From an uncultured Chloroflexia bacterium (GTDB lineage: Bacteria > Chloroflexota > Chloroflexia > Thermomicrobiales > UBA6265), in contig CAWDSC010000006.1 of assembly GCA_963804925.1 (NCBI GenBank), forward strand, positions 259,765 through 323,764: 64,000 nt of DNA, written 5' to 3'. Below the pieces are notes generated by a model. The model saw nothing but the letters and a program-made list of their open reading frames with translations. It ran no database searches and was not told where the DNA came from. Made by a program: the position numbers and the translations under genes. How positions within the stretch are numbered: the first letter of the stretch is position 1; each line of letters opens with the position of its first letter. Positions 19,543-29,510 of this stretch are shown here, piece by piece.

Positions 19543-20301
19543 GTGCGCATCGATTGTTTCACCCTCTTCCCGCCGATGTTCGAAGGACCGCTCGACTACA
19601 GCATCGTGAAGCGCGCACGCGACAGCGGCGCGGTCGACATCGCCATCCACGATATCCGCACCTGGACCACCGACCGGCACCGAACCGCCGACGACTCCCC
19701 CTACGGCGGCGGCGCCGGCATGGTGATGATGGTTCCGCCGATCGTGCAAGGAGTTGAGGAAATTCTCGGAGATGACCTTTCTTCCGCGCGCATCTTGATC
19801 ACCAGTGCGTCGGGACGGCGTTTCACGCAGGCGATGGCGCATGAACTCGCCCTTGAATCGCGCGTCGTGATCATCTGCGGCCACTATGAGGGGATCGATG
19901 CTCGGGTCGCGGCGATTCTTGGTGCTGAGGAATTATCCGTCGGCGACTATGTGCTAACTGGCGGTGAATTGGCGGCGATGATCGTGGTCGACTCGGTGGC
20001 GCGTTTGATTCCCGGCGTCATCCAGGCGGCATCGATCGAAGAGGAATCGCATAGCGGCGACGGACTGGTCGAGTATCCTCATTACACTCGGCCGCTCGAG
20101 TATCGCGACCTGACCGTGCCCGATATTCTCCTGAGCGGACACCATGCGAATATCGCCGCCTGGCGCAGAGAACAGGCAATCCGGCAAACCGCGCTCAGGC
20201 GGCCCGATCTCCTGGCGACTGCGAATCTCACACCTAAAGAGTCTGCCCTTGCCCAATCGCTGCTCGATCACTCCCCGATTGGCGAACCCGATCCGGCGTG
20301 A
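19543..20301 (+). CDS. trmD: tRNA (guanine37-N1)-methyltransferase
   Basis: GTG start, then RIDCFTLFPPMFEGPLDYSIVKRA, DDSPYGGGAGMVMM, ICGHYEGIDARV and GDYVLTGGELAAMIVVDSVARLIPGV. Confidence 0.92.
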   Translation: MRIDCFTLFPPMFEGPLDYSIVKRARDSGAVDIAIHDIRTWTTDRHRTADDSPYGGGAGMVMMVPPIVQGVEEILGDDLSSARILITSASGRRFTQAMAHELALESRVVIICGHYEGIDARVAAILGAEELSVGDYVLTGGELAAMIVVDSVARLIPGVIQAASIEEESHSGDGLVEYPHYTRPLEYRDLTVPDILLSGHHANIAAWRREQAIRQTALRRPDLLATANLTPKESALAQSLLDHSPIGEPDPA

Positions 20302-21083
20302 TCTTTTGACTGCATCGACCGAAGAACGGCCAGACTGGTGAGTTCTCGCTCGCAGTAGTACCGGGCGTAGAGCAGCATTGATTGCTCAACTTCGCTCCGC
20401 AGATCGTCTCCCGGAAGACGATGGATGATTTCGGTCAATCCCTGGCGATCGAGCAGGCGCAGATACTTCTGCGCGTTGACCGATAGCGCCAGCGCCGTAG
20501 CGTCGGCTGGATCGCATGCTGGGCACAGAAACCCGCCCAGTCGCGGGCTCAGTGAGTTCACCACCGGTTGCAAATCGCGACCGCAGCGCACACAGCGATA
20601 CATCTCGATCCGGTATCCGAGCGCCGAATAAAGCGAGATTTCGAAATATCGCGCCACGGCGAACGGATCGACCCCATCGCTCACAACGCTCAACGCACCC
20701 GCCAGTAGATCGAACAGCTTGCGCTGCTCTTCGCGCTCCTTCGTCATCCGGTTGACGAGTTCCGCCATGTGCGACGCATAGGAATAGGCCCTGAGATCGC
20801 CCGACAATGCCAGGTGTCCGTCGACCAGCTCAACGTTGGTCACGACATCGAGCTCGCGGCCACGCGCCAGCATCACCCGCACCCTCGAAAGTTGATCGAG
20901 CCCATAGCCCAGTCGGCTGCCAGGTTTCCTGATGCCCTTGGCGATAACCCCAATCTTGCCCTGCTCACGGGTATAGAGCGTGAGAATGCGGTCGGCTTCT
21001 TTAAAGTCGACCCCGCTCAACACGATCGCCTCGGTGCGATAAATCCGGTCACCGCGCCGGGGTTCGCTCATCGGCTCTCCCAC
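20268..21083 (-). CDS. recO: DNA repair protein RecO
   Basis: YRTEAIVLSGVDFKEADRILTLYTREQGKIGVIAKGIRKPGSRLG (OB fold) plus the Cys4 zinc motif CVRCG...CPAC. Confidence 0.85.
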   Translation of the reverse strand: MGEPMSEPRRGDRIYRTEAIVLSGVDFKEADRILTLYTREQGKIGVIAKGIRKPGSRLGYGLDQLSRVRVMLARGRELDVVTNVELVDGHLALSGDLRAYSYASHMAELVNRMTKEREEQRKLFDLLAGALSVVSDGVDPFAVARYFEISLYSALGYRIEMYRCVRCGRDLQPVVNSLSPRLGGFLCPACDPADATALALSVNAQKYLRLLDRQGLTEIIHRLPGDDLRSEVEQSMLLYARYYCERELTSLAVLRSMQSKDHAGSGSPIGE

Positions 21084-21179
21084 AACGTCAGATGCGATGA
21101 GGCAGAGTCCGGCAGCCGATCACAGTACCGTTCGGTCAGAATCGGTCCCCTTGCAGCGGACGAATGGTACGATTGCCGT

Positions 21180-21926
21180 ATGATGGATGTATCCGTCGCC
21201 ACGGCGTTTGTCGCCGGTGTGCTGTCCATTTCATCTCCGTGTGTCCTGCCGCTGATCCCCGTCTACCTTGCACATCTCGCGGGTACGTCGGCGGGTGATC
21301 TGTCGCCACGCGCGCGATCGCGCGTGCTTGCAAATGCGGCAGCATATGTTATCGGATTTTCCACTGTTTTCATCCTGCTTGGCGTAGCGCTGGGTGCAGC
21401 CGGGGCGTTGTTTGGCACCGCCGGCTGGGTCTCCGGAAATCGCGGCTGGTTGGTGCGAACCGGCGGCGTCGTGATGATCCTGCTCGGTCTCTACCAGATC
21501 GGACTGATTCAGATTCCGTTTCTCAATCGCGACCGACGGATGATGATCAGCAACGCCGAATCGGGCCGGCTTGTTTCATCATTTCTGATCGGCGTCACCT
21601 TTGGCGCCGGCTGGTCGCCCTGCGTCGGACCGATTCTTGGCTCGATCTTGACCATGGCGGCTTCTCAGCAAAGCGTCGCGCATTCCGCCTGGCTGCTGAC
21701 GGTGTACAGTCTTGGACTGGCAGTTCCGTTCATGTTTTTCGCCCTGGCGCTCGGCTCCGCCTCTCGCATCATTCGCGGTCTGAACGGGAGATTGCAGGCG
21801 GTTTCGAGCATTTCCGGAGCGATGATGATCGCGGCGGGTGCAATCATGCTGCTTGGCATCTACCAGCAATTTTTTACGCGCATCACCGCAGCCGCCCCCT
21901 GGATTCCCTGGGAGCCGCGGCTCTAA
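21180..21926 (+). CDS. ccdA: Cytochrome c biogenesis thiol-disulfide transporter CcdA (DsbD family)
   Basis: Multi-TM protein with LSISSPCVLPLIPVY and GAGWSPCVGPILGSIL, the two conserved Cys motifs. Confidence 0.85.
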   Translation: MMDVSVATAFVAGVLSISSPCVLPLIPVYLAHLAGTSAGDLSPRARSRVLANAAAYVIGFSTVFILLGVALGAAGALFGTAGWVSGNRGWLVRTGGVVMILLGLYQIGLIQIPFLNRDRRMMISNAESGRLVSSFLIGVTFGAGWSPCVGPILGSILTMAASQQSVAHSAWLLTVYSLGLAVPFMFFALALGSASRIIRGLNGRLQAVSSISGAMMIAAGAIMLLGIYQQFFTRITAAAPWIPWEPRL

Positions 21927-21965
21927 CTCTCGCAATAACGAACGCGATCGATTGAGGAACGATGA

Positions 21966-23447
21966 ATGACTGAGGTAACGGCGAAGAAAGAGCTCACGGG
22001 ACGAACGGTGATCGATATCGCCGTCGATCGCGTCTGGCGCTTTTTCTGCTCGACCCGCGCCGCCATTTATGAAATCGCCATTGTCGCTCTGCTCGTCCTG
22101 ATCGGAACGCTTCACAACAGCCAGGTTCCCGAATGGATCGCCGATCACATCCCGGGGACTGTGTGGATCGTCCGGCGGTGGTACGCCTGGGATGTCTTCC
22201 ACTCGTTCATCTTCATCGTCATGCTGGCAATTCTCGCCGTCGCCGTCTTCATTGGCGGCATGGTCAACCGCGCTCCCGGCATCTGGCGAACGATTCGCCA
22301 CCCGACCATCCGGACAACCCAGGCATTCCTGACCAGCACGGAAACTTCGGCATTCGTCATCGCCGCCGAAACGCCGGATCAGTTGACGGCTGATCTCGGC
22401 GGCATGCTGAAGAAAAAGCGCTACCGGTTCATGACCGAAAAGGTCGGCGATGACGTCCACATCTACGCCGACAAAAATGCCTATGCCAAGCTGGGAACTT
22501 TCCCATTTCATATCGCGCTGATCCTGATGATCGCCGGTGGCATCATCAACGCCCAATGGGGATTCCGGGAGATGGAGTTCATCGTTCCTGAAGGATCGGT
22601 GCGCGAAGTCGGGCATGGGACGAATCTCAGCGTCGGCTTGACTCAGTTCACCGACACCTACTCCGAGGATGGCCAGCCCCACGAATATCGCAGCGATCTG
22701 GTCATTTACGACGGCGACCAGCAGGTGAAATCGGGATCAATCGTCGTCAATAAGCCGATCGGCTACAACAACGCGACGATCTATCAGTCGGGCTTCGGGC
22801 AGGCTGTCCAGATGCGCGTCTCCGACGCCAACGGCAATGTGCTATTTGATGATTCCATCCCTATCGGCATCTATCGGTCAACTATGAACCCGGACGCACC
22901 GGCGGGAATCGTCGAGCTCAAGGGATTGAACGCGTCACTTTACGTGATCGCGCCGGACGACAATCCGGCCAACATGCCGCAGCTCGACACCCTCAATCTC
23001 AAGAGCGGGCAAATGTTCGTCCAAATTCGCGACAACGCCGGCTCGAACGGGCAGATGCCACCGTCGCAGGTGGTCGAACAGGGTCAGCCGATCGACCTAG
23101 CGGGATTGAACATCGACTTTGTGCGCGAGCGCCGCTTCACCGTGCTTCAGGTTGCATACAATCCGGGTATTCCGGTCTTTATCTTTGCGTCGATTTTGTT
23201 GGTGGGTGGCGCAGCCTGGATCTTCTACTTCTCCCACCGGCGAATGCGGGCGATCATCAGCCCAACCGAAAGCGGCAGCGAAGCGCATCTGGCTCCAATG
23301 GCAAAACGGGATTGGACGGGCAAGCGCGACTTCGAGCGCCTGATGGATGAATGGCGGAATCGTTCCGGCTTCACCGTTGAGATGCGGGAAAACGACGCCA
23401 AATCAACTTCGCCAGATACCACTCCGGAGATCGCGGCTTCGACATAG
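21966..23447 (+). CDS. resB: Cytochrome c biogenesis protein ResB/Ccs1 (System II)
   Basis: 493 aa with N-terminal TM helices, a large soluble loop and a C-terminal TM. It lies between ccdA and ccsA. Confidence 0.8.
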   Translation: MTEVTAKKELTGRTVIDIAVDRVWRFFCSTRAAIYEIAIVALLVLIGTLHNSQVPEWIADHIPGTVWIVRRWYAWDVFHSFIFIVMLAILAVAVFIGGMVNRAPGIWRTIRHPTIRTTQAFLTSTETSAFVIAAETPDQLTADLGGMLKKKRYRFMTEKVGDDVHIYADKNAYAKLGTFPFHIALILMIAGGIINAQWGFREMEFIVPEGSVREVGHGTNLSVGLTQFTDTYSEDGQPHEYRSDLVIYDGDQQVKSGSIVVNKPIGYNNATIYQSGFGQAVQMRVSDANGNVLFDDSIPIGIYRSTMNPDAPAGIVELKGLNASLYVIAPDDNPANMPQLDTLNLKSGQMFVQIRDNAGSNGQMPPSQVVEQGQPIDLAGLNIDFVRERRFTVLQVAYNPGIPVFIFASILLVGGAAWIFYFSHRRMRAIISPTESGSEAHLAPMAKRDWTGKRDFERLMDEWRNRSGFTVEMRENDAKSTSPDTTPEIAAST

Positions 23448-23519
23448 TATTCACGTGATGCGGGCAGGCGACGAACCGCAACCCGCTCGGGCCACTAATG
23501 GCAAGAAGGCAGGTCACCG

Positions 23520-24422
23520 ATGGAAGGTCTCGTCAAACTTGCGTTTTACTGCTTCACGGCGGCGTCGCTGGCGGTGTTCGCATCGGCGGTGTGCTATCTC
23601 GTCTACGGGATTGGGCGAATCCGCGTTCAGCGGCAGGTGTTGACGACGCCTACCGGGGAGCGCATGACCAGCACGTCAGCCGAACTCGGGCCAGGTTCCG
23701 TTGGCGCTGGTCGATTCGGCACGCTTCTGGCCGGATTTGCATTGGTCCTGGTGTTTTTCTCCGTCATCGCACGTATCGGCGCCACAAAACGGGGACCGTA
23801 CAGCAATATGTACGAATTCTCCATCGCCTTTATCTTTGCCATTCTCTTGATGTACCTGTTGTTTGAGCGGTCGTATAAGACCAAGCAGCTTGGCTCGATC
23901 GTGCTGCCGATCACGGCTGGCATGGCGCTCTATGTCTGGTCGCTTCCCTCGTCGTTGCGCGAGAGCACGCATCTCATCCCTGCACTGCAGAACAACCTGC
24001 TGATGACGATCCACGTTTCGTCCGCCATTTTTGCTTATGCGGCAGCGTCCGTGTCCTTTGCGGCAGCGGTGTTCTTCCTGATTCAACTTCGCAAGCATGT
24101 CAGCTGGCTGCCAAGCGCGGAAATGCTCGACGATGTCGGCTACCGCGCGGTCACGATCGGATTCCCGCTCTTGACCCTCACCCTCATTCTTGGTTCCGTT
24201 TGGGCCCATGAAGCGTGGGGCAGCTACTGGTCCTGGGATCCAAAAGAGACGTCGGCGCTCTTCACCTGGTTGATCTACGCGATCTACCTGCATACTCGTT
24301 CATTGCGCGGCTGGCGCGGACGTCGCAGTGCGATGATCCTGATCGTCGGCTTCATCGCGGTGATGTTCACCTACTACGGTAACTATTTCTTCGGCGGGCT
24401 GCACGCCTATGGCGGCGTCTAG
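23520..24422 (+). CDS. ccsA: Cytochrome c-type biogenesis protein CcsA/ResC (heme exporter/lyase)
   Basis: Polytopic protein with the WWD motif WAHEAWGSYWSWDPKETSAL. Confidence 0.9.
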   Translation: MEGLVKLAFYCFTAASLAVFASAVCYLVYGIGRIRVQRQVLTTPTGERMTSTSAELGPGSVGAGRFGTLLAGFALVLVFFSVIARIGATKRGPYSNMYEFSIAFIFAILLMYLLFERSYKTKQLGSIVLPITAGMALYVWSLPSSLRESTHLIPALQNNLLMTIHVSSAIFAYAAASVSFAAAVFFLIQLRKHVSWLPSAEMLDDVGYRAVTIGFPLLTLTLILGSVWAHEAWGSYWSWDPKETSALFTWLIYAIYLHTRSLRGWRGRRSAMILIVGFIAVMFTYYGNYFFGGLHAYGGV

Positions 24423-24443
24423 AAAGCAACGGAATCGCACGAG

Positions 24444-25037
24444 ATGACCGCTTCGTCCACTCCTCAACCTGAACAGCAAGGACTGAGCCGTCTCGTGCGC
24501 GTTGGCGGCAGTCTGGCGATCGCGCTTGCAATCATTCTCGGCGCCTGGTTCGTTTCAGGCCATGAAGGGCTGAACGATCTCGGCAAGGCGGGGATGAACT
24601 ACAGCGCGCTGCCTGCAGTGGGATCGATGGCCCCCGATTTCGCGGTTCCTGACGCTGATGGAAACATGCATACCCTCTCCGAGTACCGCGGTCAGCCAGT
24701 CTGGATCAATTTCTGGGGCTCATGGTGTCCGCCCTGCCGGGCCGAAATGCCCGACACGCAAGCAGCGTACGAAGTGCTCCAACCTGAGGGTGTCGTATTG
24801 CTCGCGATCAGCAGGCGAGAACCGGTGTCGGAAGCAGCAAACTTCGCCGAGCTGAACCACGCGACATTCCCGATCCTCTCCGATCCGATTGAAACTTTGA
24901 CCGGGCAAAGCTACCCACTCGCCAACTTTCCCACCCACATCTTCGTGAATCGCGACGGAACCATCAACCGGATCGTGTTGTCTCCCTTGAGTGAGGCGCA
25001 GGCGGTCGAATACGCGCAAGAAATCATCAAATCCTGA
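24444..25037 (+). CDS. resA: Thiol-disulfide oxidoreductase ResA/TlpA family (thioredoxin fold)
   Basis: N-terminal TM anchor and active site WGSWCPPCRAEMP. Confidence 0.85.
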   Translation: MTASSTPQPEQQGLSRLVRVGGSLAIALAIILGAWFVSGHEGLNDLGKAGMNYSALPAVGSMAPDFAVPDADGNMHTLSEYRGQPVWINFWGSWCPPCRAEMPDTQAAYEVLQPEGVVLLAISRREPVSEAANFAELNHATFPILSDPIETLTGQSYPLANFPTHIFVNRDGTINRIVLSPLSEAQAVEYAQEIIKS

Positions 25038-25174
25038 CGCGAGAGTCACCACACCCGGACCATTTGTGCTGGATTGGCGACCATTTCCGCATGTCTGGAA
25101 TTGTCTCGACGCCCTCCAGTGCGTACACTCGAATTCATCAGGCTCCTACATTCAGCGAGTTGAGCGGTGGAACG

Positions 25175-25861
25175 ATGGAACAGGCATCGGAACAACTGAG
25201 CACCGCGCCAGGCGAAACCGTGCGCGATGACGAGCGGTGCGTCGATCTTCGGATCGTGCTCCTCACTGTCGCGAACGGCCAGTTGCTGGTGGCTGTCTTG
25301 CCTGCCGCTGATCGCTGGCAGTTGCCGCGCGGCATCCCCTTCGCGGGAGTCCCGCTTGATACCGCTGCTCGCTCGCTAATTCGCGAATCAACCGAATTGC
25401 ACGAGCAATATCTCGAACAGCTCTACACGCTGAGCGTGCGCGATTCCAACCGGTGGATCGTCGTCGTCAGCTATCTCGCCCTGATCGCCACGGCCGGCGG
25501 GCTACCTGAGCCGATGGCCGAGTGGCAGCCGGTCGGTTCGGTCTCACTATCCGAAGCCGATACGATGGTCCTCGAATATGCGATCGTGCGGCTCCGCGCC
25601 AAGCTCGGGTACACAACGATTGCCTACCACTTGATGCCTGAAACGTTCACCCTGACCGAATTGCAGGCGTCGTACGAAAGCGTCGTCGGGCTTTCATTGG
25701 ATAAACGGAACTTCCGGCGAAGAGTGATCGCTTCTGGCATGCTTGAGCAGTTGTCGGAAAAGCGCCGCGATGGCAGCCACCGTCCTGCGCAACTCTACCG
25801 ATTCCGCGCGGGGCACGATCCCGCCGCGTACCTCACCCCCTCCTGGGCGGGTGACGCCTGA
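25175..25861 (+). CDS. NrtR-like regulator (degenerate Nudix domain plus C-terminal winged helix)
   Basis: The Nudix-like fold has a degraded signature (GIPFAGVPLDTAARSLIRESTEL lacks the REx2EE glutamates). The C-terminal part is NrtR-type: YAIVRLRAKLGYTTIAYHLMPETFTLTELQASYESVVGLSLDKRNFRRR. Immediately upstream of nadK. Confidence 0.6.
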   Translation: MEQASEQLSTAPGETVRDDERCVDLRIVLLTVANGQLLVAVLPAADRWQLPRGIPFAGVPLDTAARSLIRESTELHEQYLEQLYTLSVRDSNRWIVVVSYLALIATAGGLPEPMAEWQPVGSVSLSEADTMVLEYAIVRLRAKLGYTTIAYHLMPETFTLTELQASYESVVGLSLDKRNFRRRVIASGMLEQLSEKRRDGSHRPAQLYRFRAGHDPAAYLTPSWAGDA

Positions 25862-25907
25862 CACATTCGCGCTGTTTCATTGGATTTCATCGAGGAGAGT
25901 CAACACG

Positions 25908-26771
25908 GTGCAGCATCGAATCGGACTGGTCGCAGCGCTGAGCAAGCCCGAAGCCACCGAACTCTCGCACGAAATCGCTCGCTGGCTCGCTGATCGCGGC
26001 TGCCTCGTCGTACACGAGGCCGCACTCACGGCCGCTGCCGCCACCCAGGTAGATGCGATCGTCGTCCTCGGCGGCGACGGATTGATGATGCGCGCCGGCA
26101 ATTCCTATCCCGACACGCCGCTCCTCGGCATCAATTTCGGAAAAGTTGGCTTCTTGGCGCTTGTCGAGCGCCGTGACTGGGAAGCGGCTCTGACCGCCCT
26201 TCTCAAAGGCGACTACATCGTTGAAGAGAGTTCGACGCTCGGCGCGGCGCTCGTCCGGGACGGCGTGGTGCGAGAGCAGGGCCGCGCCATCAATGACGTG
26301 GTCATTCGCGCCGGCATTCGCATGGTCGAGGTCGAGGTCTATATCGACGGGCAGTTCGTGAACACCTATCCCGGCGACGGCATGATCGTCTCGACTCCAC
26401 GTGGCAGCACAGCCTATTGCATGGCGGCAGGCGGACCGATTCTCACCGCCGGAGTGCGCGGAGTTGCGATCGTGCCGATTTCCTGTCACTCGCCGATCCG
26501 CACCCCGATGGTCGTTGCCGAGTCGGCACTGGTCGAAGTCGTCACCGTCGGTCGGCACGAGGCGTCACTGATCCTGGATGGTCGTCCGACTGGATCGCTG
26601 CGATATGGCGATGTCGTCCAGGTTCGCCAGAGCGACCACTTTTTCCGGCTCGTCTCAATCGGTCGAAACGACTTTTATCAGGCATTTCGGACGAAATTCA
26701 ATTTTCAGATTCGGCCGGACGCTGTTCCAACCCGTTCCGCGGGTCCTACGAGCTCGACTCCAGACTCGTGA
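25908..26771 (+). CDS. nadK: NAD kinase
   Basis: GAGGAG RBS plus GTG start. Motifs VVLGGDGLMMRA, GINFGKVGFLA and GDGMIVSTPRGSTAYCMAAGGPIL. Confidence 0.9.
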   Translation: MQHRIGLVAALSKPEATELSHEIARWLADRGCLVVHEAALTAAAATQVDAIVVLGGDGLMMRAGNSYPDTPLLGINFGKVGFLALVERRDWEAALTALLKGDYIVEESSTLGAALVRDGVVREQGRAINDVVIRAGIRMVEVEVYIDGQFVNTYPGDGMIVSTPRGSTAYCMAAGGPILTAGVRGVAIVPISCHSPIRTPMVVAESALVEVVTVGRHEASLILDGRPTGSLRYGDVVQVRQSDHFFRLVSIGRNDFYQAFRTKFNFQIRPDAVPTRSAGPTSSTPDS

Positions 26772-26901
26772 CAACTGGGAACGAATTGCCGTAAAAATGC
26801 CCGTTTCTTGGTGTATACTGGGGCGAACAAACTGTACGTACATGGCTTTCGTCACGCGTTTTTGTCGGCCGATGCCATACCGTTATCTGGAGCCAGCCCC
26901 T

Positions 26902-29310
26902 ATGGCGACCCAATCAACCGTAAAGCCGCGAGGCGCTCGTGCCGCTCCGCCAGCTGCCCCAGCAGTTGAAAAGCACCGGGTATCGTTGGTGACCTCGCTC
27001 TTCCAGGGCATTGGGCGGCTCTTCGCCAAAATCTCGATCCCTGCCCATATCCAGCGCCAACTCGCCGGTGTGCTCTTTTTCATCCTTGGCGTCATCAGCG
27101 CCTGGTCGTTGATTGCGCCCGACGGGGATGGAGTGATTACCCATTGGTGGGGCGATACGCTGCGCGCGGCCTGCGGTCGCGGCGCGTTCTTGATTCCAAC
27201 GCTTTTCCTGCTGCTCACTGTCCGGTCATTTCGCACGCAATCCGGACCCATCATCAAGATCCGGCACTATCTTGGTGCTACCGGCTTTGCGCTGGCCGTG
27301 ACCGGGTTGCTTGATCTCGCCGGTTCGTCTCGCGAGCTTGGCGGCACACTCGGAATCGGGACCACCGCCCTGCTGCAGCGTCCGCTCGGCGAAGTCGCCG
27401 CCGCCATCCTTTTGCTTGTCATCGGCGTCATCGGCGTCTTCTTGCTTTCCAGCACCGACGTCATCACGCTCGTCGAAGACATTCGCAAAATCTGGCCAAA
27501 GCGCACGCCGAAAGCCGAACGCCTGAAACGCGCCAATCCGTCGCCGACGACACCTCCCGATGGTGGATCATCGCCGAAGAAATCCGTGCCGTTTACGCTC
27601 GATACGCTGGGAATCGATCTGGCGCCCTTGCCGCCGCCAGGTTCCACCGCGCCGGTTTCACGCGCCCTGGCCGACGACGAATCGATGATTTCGGCGCCAT
27701 TGCCCGCCCCCACCAGCATCCGCGCCACGCGTTCGAGCAAAGCGCGGTCAACCAAACTTGATGACCTTGATCCATTCGAGGAAGCGGCCATTGCAATTGT
27801 TGAACCGGTGCGTACGCCGATCATCAACATCCCGATGAAAGACATTCGCCCGGTCAGCGCGACGCCGCTTGCCGCCAAACCTGTTGCGCTCGGACCGGAC
27901 GGACCGTGGGAATTGCCCGATGTCAGTCTGCTCGCACACTACGATTCAGTCATGCCGGACGCTGCGGATCTCGAAGCGAAGGCCGAGCAAATCGAAGCCA
28001 CGCTCAAGAATTTCAAGGTCGATGCTCGAGTTCGTGAAATCAATCCCGGACCGGCCGTCACCCAGTTCACCATCGAGCCGGGCATCGGCACAAAGGTGAA
28101 GCGCATCACCGAATTGCAGAACGATCTTGCCCTGGCGCTCGCCGCTCCGAGTGTCCGAATGGAAGCGCCGATCCCTGGTAAAGCCCGTCTTGGCATCGAA
28201 ATTCCAAACGATCAGATCGCCATTGTCGGTTTGCGCGAGGCGATCGAATCGAGCTCATTCGAAGGCTCCAAGGCCAAATTGCCATTGCCGCTCGGACGCG
28301 ATGTGACCGGGCGGTACGTCATCGGCGATCTCGCCAGAATGCCGCATCTTTTGATTGCCGGCTCAACCGGATCGGGCAAAAGCATTTGTCTCAATGGAAT
28401 CATTTCAACTTTTTTACTCCGTCTTCAACCGACAGATCTCAAAATGGTGATGGTCGATCCAAAGATGGTCGAAATGGCGGGATATGGCGGCGTGCCGCAT
28501 CTTCAGTGCCCGGTCATCACCGACATGGCGAAAACCGTTCCCGTCCTTCGACTTTGCGTTAAAGAGATGGAGCGCCGCTACGGCATCTTCACCAAACTCG
28601 GTGTCCGCAATCTCGACGGGTACAAACTTCGCCGCGAGGAAGATGACGAACTGGAGAATCTTCCCTTCCTCGTCGTCATCGTCGACGAGCTTGCCGACCT
28701 GATGATGGTCGCGCCGGCGGATGTTGAAACGCTTCTTGTCCGCCTTGCCCAGAAAGGACGCGCCTGCGGCATCCACCTCATCATCGCCACCCAGCGCCCG
28801 TCGGCTGATGTCATCACCGGATTGCTCAAGGCCAACATCGCCGCCCGCATCGCATTCATGGTGACGTCGCAGCTGGAAAGCAGGGTCATCATGGAAGCCC
28901 AGGGAGCTGAGAAGCTGCTCGGACGTGGCGACATGCTCTTCCTGCCGCCTGACGCGGCCAAGCCAGTGCGCATCCAGGGCGCCTATGTTGATGACGCGGA
29001 TGTGCAATCAATCGTCGACCACTGGAAACGAATCGCCCCGATTCCAACATACGATCCAGCCTGGCTCGATATCGAAGCCGAGTCGACATCGTCCGTTGAG
29101 GAAGCGTATGACGACGACGAAGATGACGGCCTGATGGAGCGGGCGATTCTCATTTTCCGCGAAAGCGAAGATCGCCGCGCGAGTGCGTCCTATCTCCAGC
29201 GCCGACTGAAAATCGGCTACAACCGCGCCGCCCGAATCATGGAGCGTCTTGAGGACGAGGGGCGAGTCGGCCCGCCGGACGGACCGCGCGGCCGCGTTTT
29301 CCTCGGCTAA
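26902..29310 (+). CDS. ftsK: DNA translocase FtsK/SpoIIIE
   Basis: N-terminal TM helices, a Pro/Ser-rich linker and a motor domain (HLLIAGSTGSGKSICLNGI, LVVIVDELADLMM, HLIIATQRPS). The C-terminal gamma domain is winged helix (ASASYLQRRLKIGYNRAARIMERLE). Confidence 0.92.
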   Translation: MATQSTVKPRGARAAPPAAPAVEKHRVSLVTSLFQGIGRLFAKISIPAHIQRQLAGVLFFILGVISAWSLIAPDGDGVITHWWGDTLRAACGRGAFLIPTLFLLLTVRSFRTQSGPIIKIRHYLGATGFALAVTGLLDLAGSSRELGGTLGIGTTALLQRPLGEVAAAILLLVIGVIGVFLLSSTDVITLVEDIRKIWPKRTPKAERLKRANPSPTTPPDGGSSPKKSVPFTLDTLGIDLAPLPPPGSTAPVSRALADDESMISAPLPAPTSIRATRSSKARSTKLDDLDPFEEAAIAIVEPVRTPIINIPMKDIRPVSATPLAAKPVALGPDGPWELPDVSLLAHYDSVMPDAADLEAKAEQIEATLKNFKVDARVREINPGPAVTQFTIEPGIGTKVKRITELQNDLALALAAPSVRMEAPIPGKARLGIEIPNDQIAIVGLREAIESSSFEGSKAKLPLPLGRDVTGRYVIGDLARMPHLLIAGSTGSGKSICLNGIISTFLLRLQPTDLKMVMVDPKMVEMAGYGGVPHLQCPVITDMAKTVPVLRLCVKEMERRYGIFTKLGVRNLDGYKLRREEDDELENLPFLVVIVDELADLMMVAPADVETLLVRLAQKGRACGIHLIIATQRPSADVITGLLKANIAARIAFMVTSQLESRVIMEAQGAEKLLGRGDMLFLPPDAAKPVRIQGAYVDDADVQSIVDHWKRIAPIPTYDPAWLDIEAESTSSVEEAYDDDEDDGLMERAILIFRESEDRRASASYLQRRLKIGYNRAARIMERLEDEGRVGPPDGPRGRVFLG

Positions 29311-29331
29311 ACCGAGTCGCCCCGAAGGTTC

Positions 29332-29353
29332 GCCCGGCACTGAAGTGCCGGGC
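29332..29353. terminator. Stem-loop after ftsK (weak terminator candidate)
   Basis: gcccggcac-tgaa-gtgccgggc, a 9-bp perfect stem 22 nt after the ftsK stop. There is no clear U tract. Confidence 0.3.
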
Positions 29354-29510
29354 TACGAAAAACAAAGTCCTTTTGGGATTACGCACGAAACCTCGGTGAT
29401 TTCCGGATTATTCGTCGCCAGGCTCAGCCCTGGAAGGGCTTCGGCATGTTAGCCCGGTCCCTTCAAGGCCGGGAATCGAATCATGCCCACATAGCCCTCC
29501 CCTACTCCGG

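Noticed and set aside
29440-29500. tRNA-like fragment (ggccgggaatcgaatc resembles a T-arm)
   Set aside because: No acceptor, D or anticodon stems can be drawn on either strand, and there is no GTTCGAATC T-loop consensus.
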